A DNA stretch of 64,000 nt. Source: Scyliorhinus canicula (taxonomy: Eukaryota). The DNA lies in NCBI RefSeq assembly GCF_902713615.1, contig NC_052156.1:140720404-140784403 (forward strand), given 5' to 3'. Shown one piece after another: positions 1-12,000 of this stretch. The first letter of the stretch is position 1. Each line of letters starts with the position of its first letter. The notes under the pieces are model-generated. The model ran no database searches. It was not told where the DNA came from and saw only the letters and a list, made by a program, of their open reading frames with translations. A program made the translations under genes and the position numbers.

Positions 1-290
1 TTGAGAACAGTGTTGGCGATGCCCTGATTGATGCCAGGCCAGTATACTGCCTCTCGGGCACGCCGGCGACACTTTTCCATCCCCAGGTGACCCTTGTGGA
101 GCTGGCCAAGGACGAGCTCCCGCTTACTCTGTGGTATGACTATCCTGTCCAATTTCATAAGTATGCCATCTACCACTGCCAGATCATCTTTTATATTGTA
201 GAACTGTGGGCGCTGGCCCTTTTGCCACCCGTCTGTGAGATGGCGCATGACCAATTGGCTGTTTCATGATGAATCTGTACGACCCTTTCG

Positions 291-1702
291 TCAGTGGCCG
301 GAAATGTTGGATGCGCAGAACTCAACATGGGCATCGATCTGGCAGACGAAGTCCGACCGCTCGCACGGCATGGTGATGGAGCAAGAGAGTGCATCGGCCA
401 CAATGAGCTCCTTGCCCGGGCTGTAGACCAGGTCGAAATCATAGCGTCGGAGTTTGAGGAGGATGCGTTGTAGGCGTGGTGTCATATCATTGAGGTCCTT
501 CTGCGTGATGTGAACCAGTGGCCTGTGGTCCATTTTGACCATAAATTTGGGGAGTCCATACACGTAGTCATAGAATTTGTCAATCCCCGTGAGGAGGCCC
601 AGGCACTCTTTCTCGATTTGAGCATAGCGCTGCTCAGTAGGCTCTAGATGCATATGCGACTGGGGCCCAGGAGGAAGATTCATCACGCTGGAGGAGTACT
701 GCCCCAATGCCAGACTGGCTCGCAGCAGTGGAGATCTTCGTCTCCTTGGCAGGGTCAAAGAATGCCAGTACCGGGGCCTTGGTGAGTTTCGCCCTGAGTT
801 CACGCCACTCTCGCTCATGAGCGGGGAGCCACTGGAAGTCGGTGGTTTTCTTTACAAGATTGCGGAGAGCTGTGGTGTGAGATGCAAGGTTGGGGATAAA
901 CTTCCCAAGGAAGTTGACCATCCCCAGGAAGCGGAGGACCGCCTTCTTGTCCTCCGGTGTCTTCATAGCTTTGATCGCTGACACCTTATCTGCATCTGGC
1001 TGCACACCGAACTGCAAAATATGGTCGCCTAGGAACTTTATTTCTGTTTGACCGAATGAGCATTTGGCTCTGTTGAGTCGTTGGCCATGCTCGTGGATCC
1101 TCTGGAACACTCGCTTGAGGCGATCGATGTGTCCCTGCGGAGTCGTGGACCAGACAATGATGTCATTGACGTACACCCACACCCCCTCGATGCCCCCCAT
1201 CATTTGCTCCATTATTCGGTGGAACACCTCCGAGGCGGAGATGATACCAAAGGGCATCCGGTTGTAACAATACTGGCCAAACGGGGTGTTAAAAGTGAAG
1301 AGCTTTTTAATGGATGCGTCAAGTTGTATCTGCCAAAACCCCTTGGAGGCATCCAGCTTCATGAAAAAGTTGGCGCGAGCCATTTCACAGGCCAGCTCTT
1401 CGCACTTTGGGATAGGGTAGTGTTCCCTCATGATGTTACGGTTCAAATCTTTGGGGTCGATACAAATGCGCAGTTCCCCTGACGGCTTTTTGACATGAAC
1501 CATGGAGCTGACCCAGTCCGTGGGTTCCGCGACCTTAGAAATGACGCCCTGGTCCTGGAGGTCTTGCAGCTGCTGCTTGAGGCGGTCCTTAAGGGGCGCC
1601 GGCACCCGACCGAGTGCATGAACCACAGGTGTGGCATTCGGTTTCAAAATAATCTTGTACGTGTAGGGGAGTATGCCCATATCCTCGAAGATGCTGTAGT
1701 AT
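291..1702 (-). pseudogene. RT/RNase H part of Gypsy A pol
   Basis: ORFs 634..1680 and 291..818; the catalytic YxDD is degenerate (YVND). Confidence 0.88.
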
Positions 1703-2970
1703 GGGAGGCGGAAATAGTGGCATCGATGGATGCGGAGAAAGCTTTTGACAGGGTGGAGTGGAGTTACCTGTGGGAGGTGTTGAGGAGATTTGGGTTTGGT
1801 GAGGGGTTCATTGGTTGGGTGAGGCTACTGTACAGCTCCCCGGTGGCGAGCGTGGTGACGAATGGGAGGAGGTCGGAGGACTTTCGGCTGTCCCGGGGGA
1901 CTAGTCTCCCCTGCTCTTCGCATTAACGATTGAACCCCTGGCCATGGCACTGAGGGAATCGAGGAACTGGAGGGGGATTGTGAGGGGGGGAGGAGCACCG
2001 GCTGCCGTTGTACACGGACGATTTACTGCTGTACATTGCGGATCCGGCAAGGGGGGGGACAGGGTGCTCTCGGGACGTGGGTCGGCGAGGGTAGGATCTC
2101 TGCAATTTATCAGGTGATGCAGGAGGGGAGGAGGCCTCGGTGGAGGAGCTGAAAGCGAAGTGGGAGGAGGAGCTGGGGGAGGCGATTGACGAGGGGACGT
2201 GGGCGGACCCCCTGGGGAGGATGAATTCTTCCTCTTCTTGCGCACGGCTTAGTTTAATCCAGCTAAAGGTGCTGCACAGGGTGCATATGACTGGGACCAG
2301 GCTGAGCCGGTTCTTTGGGGGAGAGGACAGGTGTGGGAGGTGTTCGGGTAGTCCAGCGAATCGCACCCATATGTTTTGGGCTTGTCCGGCGTTGGAGGGT
2401 TTCTGGAAGGGGGTGGCGGGGACCTTGTCCACGGTGATTGGTTCCAGGGTGGAACCGGGCTGGGGGCTCGCCATTTTTGGGGTGGCATCGGAGCCAGGAG
2501 TGCAGGAGGCGAGAGAGGCCGGTATTCTGGCCTTTGCGTCCCTAGTAGCCCGACTGTGACTTCTACACCGACGCAGGATCCTTTTACAGTGGAAGGACGC
2601 AAAGACCCCGAGTCCGGAATCCTGGGTTAACGACATGGCCGGGTTCATTAAACTGGAGAGGGTCAGGTTTGCGCTGAGGGGGTCGGTGCAAGGGTTCTTC
2701 CGGCGGTGGCAGCCTTTTCTTGATTTCCTGGCGGAGGGTTAGAGGGTGGTCAACTTCAGAAGCAACCCGCGGGGGGGGGGGGGGGGGGACTTTGGCTCGG
2801 TTACGGGAGTGTGTTCTTACGGTTCTACGTTTATTACTCTTTCTTGTTGTTAATTTATTGCTTTGTATTGGGGGAGGGGTTTCTGTTTTCTTTTTTCTTT
2901 TTCTTTCTCTTGTCTTTGTTGGGATAAAATTTGTTGTTGAAAAATTTGAAATGAAATTATTTTTTAAAAA
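1703..2970 (+). mobile_element. 5'-truncated, internally deleted L1/Tx1 LINE inserted in Gypsy A pol
   Basis: DAEKAFDRVEW, YTDDLLL, C-terminal CxxC...HMFWAC, A-rich tail. 15-bp TSD aagatgctgt(a/g)gtat at 1688-1702 and 2971-2985. Same family as 31535-37533. Confidence 0.93.
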
Positions 2971-3559
2971 AAGATGCTGTGGTATCGTGCAATTATGTAA
3001 TTTAATTGGATTTGGAAGTTGGCATCTGGCGAGGCTGATGCCTCAGCGGGCGACATGGAGTGAACCAGCTGTACGAGATTCAGGATCTTGCAGGCCTGAG
3101 CACCGAGCAAGGAAGCTTTGTTGGACCCTACAATTTTGAAACGCAGGGTGGCTCTTAAAGAACGGTGCGGTACCACAGGCTGGCATGAGCCACTGGCAGC
3201 AATGGCATTGCCATTGTAGTCGAGAAGCTGGCAGGCCGATGGAAGGATGTTCGGCTTGACATGGGTGTTATCCAGGTCAGACTGCAAAATGAGGTTAGCG
3301 GTGTCCAGCCTGAAGCGTATGCGAGATTTGTTGACCGTAAGGGTGGCACACCACTCGTCGTCCGGATCAATGCTCATCACTGGGAGGGGCTTGGCCTTTT
3401 TTGAGGAAAGCATTGTATGCTTGGTGATGTTGCCCACCCGGAATGGGGATGTGAGATCCTCGGTGTCGGGATCTGGAACCATGTCGGAGTCGGAGTCTGC
3501 AACGGGTTGCTGCACAGACCGGACGTTCCTGCACTGCGGCTGGGACCGATGTGTGCTGG

Positions 3560-4452
3560 GCAGTTGAGCAGATCTGCACATGGCTGCGTAGTGCCAGGCT
3601 TGCCACACTGGAGACAGCGCGCTATTTCACGGGACATTGCCACTTTAAGTGGGAGGAGCCACAGTTGTTGCACGTCATGGCGCCGACGTCAGGACGCTCC
3701 GTGCTCCACCGCGCATGCGCGGTGCGGTCGAACGATGTGCGCACCTACGCAGTTCGGTCCTCGGCCTCGCCGTCCCCTCGGTCGTTGCGCGCATGCGCAA
3801 GAGCCCGGGAAAAGCGCGCGAAATGGCAGCCCTCATCCAGACTCAGGCCCTGGAGCTGTTTTATGGCCTGCACCCGCTCCGCATCGTGGCGGCCTTGCCA
3901 CGCTGTCTCTGCCGCCTTGATATGGGAGTACCGGTTATTAGCGTGCTCATGTAGGACACAGGTCTCGATGGCGATGGTAAGGGTGAGCTGCTTCACTTTA
4001 AGGAGCTGCCGGCGAAGGGGGTCAGAGTGGACCCCGAAAACGATCTGGTCGCGGATCATGGAGTCGGAAGTGGAGCCGTAGTTGCAGGATTGCGCGAGGA
4101 TACGGAGATGGGTTGAGAAGGACTGAAAAGGTTCATCCTTACTCTGAAGCCTCTGCTGGAACACGTATCGTTCAAAGCTGTCACTGACTTCGATGTCACA
4201 GTGGCTGTCGAACTTCAGCAGGACTGTTTTGAACTTGGACTTGTCCTCACCTTCAGCAAAGGTGAGGGAGTTAAAAATGTGGATAGGGTGGGCCCCGGCT
4301 GTAGAGTGGAGGAGAGCAATCTTCCTGGCATCCGATGCGGCTTCGAGGTCAGTGGCTTCAAGATACAGCTGGAACTTCTGCTTAAAAATCGTCCAGTTGG
4401 CACCGAGGTTACCGGCGATGCGGAGCGGCGGGGGAGGGCGGACGCTGTCCAT
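3560..4452 (-). pseudogene. gag of Gypsy A (frameshifted)
   Basis: MDSVRPPPPLRIAGNLGANWTIFKQKFQLYL...CNYG...IRDQIVFG, followed by broken CCHC knuckles (CLQCGKPG / HYAAMC). Confidence 0.85.
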
Positions 4453-4521
4453 GTTACCGGATAGCTGATCGCTGGTCAAAGGCAGATTATTTCAGGGTAG
4501 GTCCGCCAAACTCTAACATCA

Positions 4522-4534
4522 CGCACTGGTACCA
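4522..4534 (-). promoter_or_regulatory. tRNA primer-binding site of Gypsy A (Leu-TAA-like)
   Basis: TGGTACCAG directly after the LTR's terminal CA; complementary to a tRNA 3' end ...CTGGTACCA. The tRNA identity is from memory. Confidence 0.65.
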
Positions 4535-4865
4535 TGATGTGTTGGGTAAGCTGGGTCTGCGGGGACTGCGTTTACCATAGCAGTCAGAGAGACAGGCTAC
4601 CAACACTTGGAGAAATGCAACTCGATTTTATTGAACTACTAACTATTAAACATACTTTAACTGTGGGTTGACACTATGCTGAGTTGGAGACCAGATACTG
4701 GAGACCTGAGGCTAACCTGACCAGACTATCTTACTACCACATGGTGGATGTTCTAGTTGTTGCTCACGGTGATTGGCTGCTGTGTTCTGTGTGTTCATTG
4801 GTCATCCTGTGTGTCAATCAATGGCTGTCTGTGCACCATCATATACTTGTGTGTATATTATGACA
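4535..4865 (-). repeat. 5' LTR of Gypsy A
   Basis: TG...CA termini on the minus strand, AATAAA (tttatt at ~4627), directly followed by a TGG-starting PBS. Its outer end abuts a bisected SINE. Confidence 0.85.
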
Positions 4866-4972
4866 GTTTTCGCCCCCACAACCAAATGATGTGTAGGGTA
4901 GGTGGATTGGCCACACTAAATTGCCCCTTTATTGGAAAAAATGAATTGGGCACTCTAAATTTAAAAAAAAAG
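4866..4972 (+). repeat. 3' half of a V-type tRNA SINE, bisected by Gypsy A
   Basis: ttcgcccccacaacc...ggtggattggccacactaaattgcccct...poly(A), starting right at the LTR end. Confidence 0.8.
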
Positions 4973-5630
4973 TGCTCTGCACCAATACAGAAATGGCTGG
5001 GCAATGGAGATATCACCCCTCACAGGGGGAGCTCGTACTCTGCAAGGAGCACAGGGAAGATAAGCGTTCTCATCCCGTAGGTCCTGTGCAGGATATTACT
5101 GTTACTCTCCGAGCCATTGCTCGGCCGGAGAAATTTCACTTTCAAGAGAAAATGCAGAGAAGGGAGTGCTGGAGCTTCAAGGGATGGAAGTAAATAGTGT
5201 GGGACATACCCCCACCCAGCGTATGACACCCCCCCCCCCAAAATGGGAACCCTCAGAACCTTTCCCTGGACAGAACACCGCCGAGGTCAGGCCTGATGGT
5301 CTTCGACTGAGTCAGCCAGACAGAACCCTCCCCTGAATCCATAGAGGATGGCCCCAGACAATGTGGGGTGTGTGGCCGGAGACGCGCAGGGAGCGGAAGT
5401 CACAGGGCAACTATCAAACCTGCCACCCACCCGAGGTAGGCGCCAACCCAGGTCCTGCACTTTTCTCTTGGAACAACCCAATGAGGGATGCATGCAGCTG
5501 CACTGCATCGCGTCACCCAAAGTGGTCCCCATTAGGATCTAAAACTAGACTGCCTTTCGGAGTACGTTGGCTTGTGCTATTTTCCAATGTGTTATGGAAA
5601 GTATTCTGTAGGATGGGATATCTCCATTAC

Positions 5631-5949
5631 GGGGCAGCACGGTGGCCTAGTGGTTAGCACAACTGCCTCACGGCGCTGAGGTCCTAGGTTCAATCCCGGC
5701 TCTGGGTCACTGTCCTTGTGGAGTTTGCACATTCTCCTCGTGTCTGCGTGGGTTTCGCCCCCACAACCCAAAGATGTGCAGAGTAGGTGGATTGGCCACG
5801 CTAAATTGCCCCTTAATTGGAAAAAATAATTGGGTAATCTAAATTTAAAAAAGAAAAAATATATATAAATAAATAAATAAATAATTGGCACAGCCAATTT
5901 AGAAATAAAATATTTTTTTATTTTTTTATTTTTTTTTAGAAAAAAAAAA
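5631..5949 (+). repeat. V-type tRNA SINE, poly(A) tail
   Basis: A/B boxes (tggcctagtgg, ggttcaatccc), V core, 16-bp TSD gggatatctccattac (5615-5630 / 5950-5965). Confidence 0.92.
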
Positions 5950-6648
5950 GGGATATCTCCATTACTCAGTGTATATAAGGTTAGCCAACAAGGCACCGAC
6001 CAAGCAGGAACAGGTAGGGGTCTACCAGGAAGTATACGTATATCATTTGTGATGGTTTATTTGGCCATGGGTACAACTGAGCATGAACACTTGAATAACA
6101 TGGAGGAGCTGCTCCCCGGCTTTTCGGAGTCAGGCGTCTGGCTGAAAAGAGAGAAGTGCATTTTTCACGCCAGAGGTCATCTACCTGGGGTACCGCATAG
6201 ACCGGGAGGGTCTACACCCTGTAGAAAGAAAACATATGCGCCATTCAACATGCCCCATACCCGAAAGCACAACTGAGCTGCACTCATTTCTCGGACTTGT
6301 GAACTACTATAGCAAATTCATCCCAGGCCTCACAACCATTCTAGCCCCCCTGCACATCCTGCAAAAAAAACAAAGCCAGGAATGGGTGTGGAGAGCACCA
6401 CAGGAAGAGGCGTTTCCTCAATTTAAAACAGCAGCTGACTTGATCCAGCTTGCTGGCAAACTACGATCCCACCTAACCACTGGTAGTCACGAGTGACACC
6501 TCACCAGGCGGCACTGGCGGCTTGTTATCACATCGAATGGTGAGCAGCCTTCAGAACACTGGCTATGGCAAAGCACAACTATACACAAATCGAGAAAGAA
6601 GGTCTGGCCGTAGTCTTTGCAGTCAAGATGTTCCACCAGTATATGTAT

Positions 6649-7403
6649 TGTTCAACCTGTAAAACCTCAAGATACTTTCGACCAGCTTACTTACTCAAAA
6701 GTTTTACCCAGGTGCCCTCATTTGTGAGATGAACAAAGGACAAAACAGGTTCAGGGACTGACGTAATTTTATTCACAATTCTCTTACTCAACAAAATCTG
6801 ACTCAGACTCACAGCTGAGCTTTGGGTTTTACCCACACTTAGTGAAGGAGGCTGCCAGGCTACGGTCACTCAATGTGGATCTCTTCGCTGGGTTCGAAGC
6901 CTGGGTCCTTTCTTCTTGCGATAGTTGTGCCTGGGGGTCTCCCAGGTTATCGCTGAGGATCTGTTCTATGTTCCTTCCTTCATACTGTTGAGCTAGCATT
7001 GAGTCATAGGTATACACCCACAACTGGCCATTGTTCCATCCAGACCCCAACTTGTTAATGGGAAAGACAGGATACTCCTGTTTATCCAGGATGATTCAAT
7101 CAAGACCCATTGTCCTCTGAAACACCCTCGTCTGACCAGCCATCAGCTCATTATGGAGTCTGATGGCTTCTTTTGTCTGTTCTTTGTCATGCAGCAAAGT
7201 TGATCACCTGTGTCTGGAAGATTGTTACATATTCATAGCTGGTCTTGTTCTTTGGAGTGGGTATCACAAAGTCCATATAACGATAACAGGTTTATGCAGT
7301 GAGTGCTCTTGCAGATGGCCAGTATCGATTCCAGTCAGGGCCTCATGAGACAGTTCCTGTTCCTGGCCTATGTGTATCTTCCCAGCCTGTTTTCAGTACC
7401 ACA
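6649..7403 (-). mobile_element. Solo LTR (755 bp) inserted in the RNase H region of the old Gypsy
   Basis: TGT...ACA ends, 4-bp TSD GTAT (6645-6648 / 7404-7407). Removing it restores FHQYMYGCHF. Strand inferred from tttatt at ~6768. Confidence 0.8.
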
Positions 7404-8432
7404 GTATGGTTGTCACTTCACCAACTTGTCGGACCAGAGACCACTCCTGGGACTCTTCAAGGAGGACAAAGCCATCCCACCTTTAGCGCCAGCCAGAATC
7501 CAGAGGGGCCCTCTTTTTGGCGGTGTACAAGTACACGTTCAAGCACCAATGGGGGACACAGATTATGAACACGGATGCATTCAGTAGATCTCCGCTGCCT
7601 ACAAGACCACTCACCGACTCCCTTCATAACCGATGAAGTGGGAGCCACATTGAACTTCATGGGTACGTTGTCTGTCATGGCGGTCGAAATACATGAATGA
7701 AGACAAACAGATCCTTCATTGTCCAAAGTCCACCACATAGTACTATACAGGGGTCAGCATCGGAAACTGCCCAGCGAGTTAAAGGCCTTTTATACGAAAA
7801 AAGTTGAGCGTTGAAGATGACATCCTCCTGTGGGGGACTCACATCGTGGTTCCTCAAAAGGGGGACTTCATACAAAGAGACCTGCATAACAGGCACCCAG
7901 ACATGTCAAAATGAAAATACTCACCCACAGCTATGTCTGGTGGCTGGGCCTGGAGGTAGAGGTGGGGTGACTGGCCCAGCAATGCAGTGTTCGGGAGGAA
8001 CTGCAGAAGCTCCCACCCACTGCTGCTTCACTCACGGGAGTGGCCCGAATGGTCTTCAGTGGGGCTTCATGCAGATTCTGTTGGTCATTTTCAGGGCTCC
8101 TTGTTTCTGATTGTCGTGGATGCACACCCAAAGTGGTTAAAGGCCCAAAGGATGTCGGCCATTACTTCGAAGGCGACGATTGAGAATCTGAGAGTTACGT
8201 TTAGTATGCATAGTATCCTGGAGGTGCGGTTACCGACAAAGGCACGTCATTTACTAGCAGGGAGTCTGGCGGTTTTATAAAGACGAATGGGGTGCGACAC
8301 ATTGCACAGCACCGTACCACCCATCCTCAAATCAGCTGGCCCAATGGACAGTGCAAACTTTTAAGAGAGGTTTGAAAAGCAGACCTCAGGATCCCTCAAA
8401 ATGCGCCTGGTCAGATTCTTATTCTGCTACCG

Positions 8433-8566
8433 TACCACGGGGAGAACGTGCAGACTCCCCACAGACGGTGACCCAGAAGGGAATCGAACCTGGGACCCTG
8501 GCACTGTGAAGCCAGTGCTAACTGCTGTGAAGTCACAGTGCTAACCACTATGCTACCATGCTGCCC
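8433..8566 (-). repeat. Partial tRNA SINE
   Basis: Reverse complement reads gggcagcatggtagcatagtggttagcac...ggttcgattcc. Confidence 0.75.
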
Positions 8567-9049
8567 ATGTAAGAAGATTTTCGAGGAGTTAACCAAATTT
8601 GTTACTAGATAGGTACTACCAAAAGAAATTCAATCAGATCAGGGATATGATTTTATATAAGTTATTCAAGGAAGTTATGGATTGTTTAGGAATGAAGCAA
8701 TTTAACTCAACAATTCATCATCCGGAATCGGGGGGGGGGGGGGGGGGGGGGGGGGTGTGCATTAGATAGATTGAGAGCTGTATGTTTCTTTTCTTATTGT
8801 TTAATTGGAAATTGAGTAGTAGTAGTGTTTAAGGGGTAATTGTAAGCTGTTCTTTGTGAAGTTAAAAAGTTTAGGATTGTACTCTGTGGTAAATGTAATA
8901 TGATAATTCACACTGTGTCTTTGTAAGCGCAGTAGCGTTATCCGACCACTAGGGGGAGTAGCTCTGGGAATGCTCAGGAGCTTGTACAGGGCTCCACCCT
9001 TGGCTCTGCCGACGACTCCTCCCCCTAGTGCTGCTGTATAAATACCCTT

Positions 9050-12000
9050 AGAACATAGAACATAGAACACTACAGCGCAGTACGGGCCCTTCGGCCCTCG
9101 ATGTTGCGCCGACCTGTGAAACCATCTGAAGCCTATCTGACCTACACTATTCCATTTTCATCCATATGTCTATCCAGTGACCACTTAAATGCCCTTAAAG
9201 TTGGCGAGTCTACTACTGTTGCAGGCAGGGCGTTCCACACCCCTACTACTCTCTGAGTAAAGAAACTGCCTCTGACATCTGTCCTATATCTCTCACCCCT
9301 CAATTTAAAGCTATGTCCCCTCGTGTTGGTCATCACCATCCGAGGAAAAAGACTCTCACTGTCCACCCTATCTAACCCTCTGACTATCTTATATGTCTCT
9401 ATTAAGTCACCTCTCAGCCTTCTCCTCTCTAACGAAAACAACCTCAATTCCCTGAGCCTTTCCTCGTAAGACCTTCCCTCCATACCAGGCAACATCCTAG
9501 TAAATCTCCTCTGAACCCTTTCCAAAGCTTCCACATCCTTCCTATAATGTGGTGACCAGAACTGCACGCAGTACTCCAGGTGTGGCCGCACCAGAGTTAT
9601 GTACAGCTGCAGCATGACCCTGTGGTTCCGAAACTCAATCCCCCTGCTTATAAAGGCTAGCACACCATATGCCTTCTTAACAGCCCTATTAACCTGGGTG
9701 GCAACTTTCAAGGATTTATGTACCTGGATGCCGAGATCTCTCTGTTCATCTACACTACCAAGAATCTTGCCATTAGCCCAGTACTCTGCATTCCTGTTAC
9801 TCCTTCCAAAGTGAACCACCTCACACTTTTCCGCATTAAACTCCATCTGCCACCTCTCAGCCCAGCTCTGCAGCTTATCTATGTCCCTCTGTATCCTATA
9901 ACATCCTTCAGCACTATCCACAACTCCACCGACCTTCGTGTCATCTGCAAATTTACTAACCCATCCTTCTACACCCTCTTCCAGGTCATTTATAAAAATG
10001 ACAAACAGCAGTGGCCCCAAAACAGATCCTTGCGGTACACCACTAGTAACTGAACTCCAGGATGAACATTTGCCATCAACCACCACCCTCTGTCTTCTTT
10101 CAGCTAGCCAATTACTGATCCAAACCGCTAAATCACCTTCAATTCCATACTTCCTTATTTTCTGCAATAGCCTACCGTGGGGAACCTTATCAAACGCCTT
10201 ACTGAAATCCATATACACCACATCAACAGCTTTACCCTGATCCACCTGTTTGGTCACCTTCTCAAAAAACTCAATAAGGTTTGTGAGACATGACCTACCC
10301 TTCACAAAACCGTGTTGAGTATCGCTAATCAACTTGTTCTTTTCAAGATGATTATAAACCCTATCTCTTATAACCTTTTCCAACATTTTACCCACAACCG
10401 AAGTAAGGCTCACAGGTCTATAATTACCAGGGTTGTCTCTACTCCCCTTCTTGAACAAGGGGACAACATTTGCTATCCTCCAGTCTTCCGGCACTATTCC
10501 TGTCGACAAAGACGACATAAATATCAAGGACAAAGGCTCTGCAATCTCCTCCCTGGCTTCCCAGAGAATCCTAGGATAAATCCCATCTGGCCCAGGGGAC
10601 TTATCTATTTTGACATTTTCTAAAATTGCTAACACCTCCTCCTTTTGAACCTCAATTCCATCTAGCCTGGTCGACTGAACCTGAGTGTTCTCCTCGACAA
10701 CATTGTCTTTCTCCAGTGTAAACACTGACGAAAAATATCCATTTAATGCTTCCCCTATCTCCTCTGATTCCACACACAACTTTCCACTACTATCCTTGAT
10801 TGGCCCTAATCTTACTCGAGTCATTCTTTTGTTCCTGATATACCTATAGAAAGCCTTTGGGTTTTCCTTGATCCTATCCGCCAACGACTTTTCGTGTCCT
10901 CTCCTCGCTCTTCTTAACTCTCCCTTTAGGTCCTTCCTGGCTAACTTGTAACTCTCAAGTGCCCTAACTGAGCCTTCATGTCTCATCCTAACATAAGCCT
11001 TCTTCTTCCTCTTGACAAGTGCTTCAACTTCCTTAGTAAACCACGGCTCCCTTGCTCGACAACTTCCTCCCTGCCTGACAGGTACATACTTATCAAGGAC
11101 ACGCAGTAGCTGTTCCTTGAAAAAGCTCCACATTTCGATTGTACCCATCCCCTGCAGTTTCCTTCTCCATCCTATACCTCCTAAATCTTGCCGAATAGCA
11201 TCATAATTGCCTTTCCCCCAGCTATAATTCTTGCCTTGCGGTATATACCTATCCCTGCCCATTGCTAAAGTAAACATAACCGAGTTGTGATCACTATCAC
11301 CAAAGTGCTCACCTACATCTAAATCTAACACCTGGCCGGGTTCATTACCCAGTACCAAATCCAATGTGGCCTCGCCCCTTGTTGGTCTGTCTACATACTG
11401 TGTCAGAAAACCCTCCTGCACACACTGCACAAAAACTGACCCATCTATAGTACTCGAACTATAGTATTTCCAGTCAATATTTGGAAAGTTAAAGTCCCCC
11501 ATAACAACTACCCTGTTACTCTCGCTCCTGTCAAGAATCATCTTTGCAATCCTTTCCTCGACATCTCTGGGACTATTCGGAGGTCTATAGACAACTCCCA
11601 ACAGGGTGACCTCTCCTCTACTGTTCCTAACCTCGGCCCATACTGCCTCAGTAGACGAGTCCTCAAGCGTCCTTTCTACCGCCGTAATACTTTCCTTGAT
11701 TAACAATGCCACACCCCCCCCTCTTTTACCATCTTCTCTGTTCTTACAGAAACATCTAAATCCTGGAACCTGCAACAACCATTCCTGTCCCTGCTCTACC
11801 CATGTCTCCGAAATCGCCACAACATCGAGATCCCAGGTACCAACCCATGCTGCAAGCTCACCCACCTTATTCCGGATGCTCCTGGCGTTGAAGTAGACAC
11901 ACTTCAAACCAGCGTCCTGCTTGCCGGTGCCCTCTTTCGAACTTTTAACCCTATCCCTGACCTCACTACTCTCAACATCCTGTACACTGGGACTACAATT

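Larger units (their letters stand above)
1..4865 (-). mobile_element. Gypsy (Mag-like) LTR retrotransposon A; continues beyond the left edge; interrupted by an L1 fragment
   Basis: Minus-strand order: LTR (4535-4865, TGTCA...CATCA), PBS TGGTACCAG, gag, zinc knuckles, protease (FRLDT), RT (LRICIDPKDLN, RMPFGI, YVNDII), RNase H (YAQIEKECL), integrase zinc-finger start (HKGHLGMEKCRRRAREAVYWPG, 1-110). Several frameshifts. Confidence 0.93.
4973..8432 (+). mobile_element. Old, degraded Gypsy internal region (gag end, protease, RT, RNase H, integrase)
   Basis: Fragments LKREKC, LHSFLGLVNYYSKFIP, YTQIEKEGLAVVFAVKMFHQYMYG, WPEWSSVGLHADSVGHFQGSLFLIVVDAHPKW, TAPYHPSSN; many stops and frameshifts. Confidence 0.85.

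Noticed and set aside
1495-1926. 143-aa chimeric ORF
   Set aside because: Chance read-through from antisense Gypsy RT sequence into the inserted L1.
5631-5710. tRNA-like sequences
   Set aside because: They are SINE heads followed by V core, tail and TSD, not tRNA genes.
8600-8640. YYQKK resembling the PHTF2 N-terminus
   Set aside because: Wrong strand for the expected gene, no further similarity, and located within a repeat.
8729-8755. Long poly-G tract as a regulatory G-quadruplex
   Set aside because: Isolated homopolymer inside a repeat, and its length is unreliable in assemblies.
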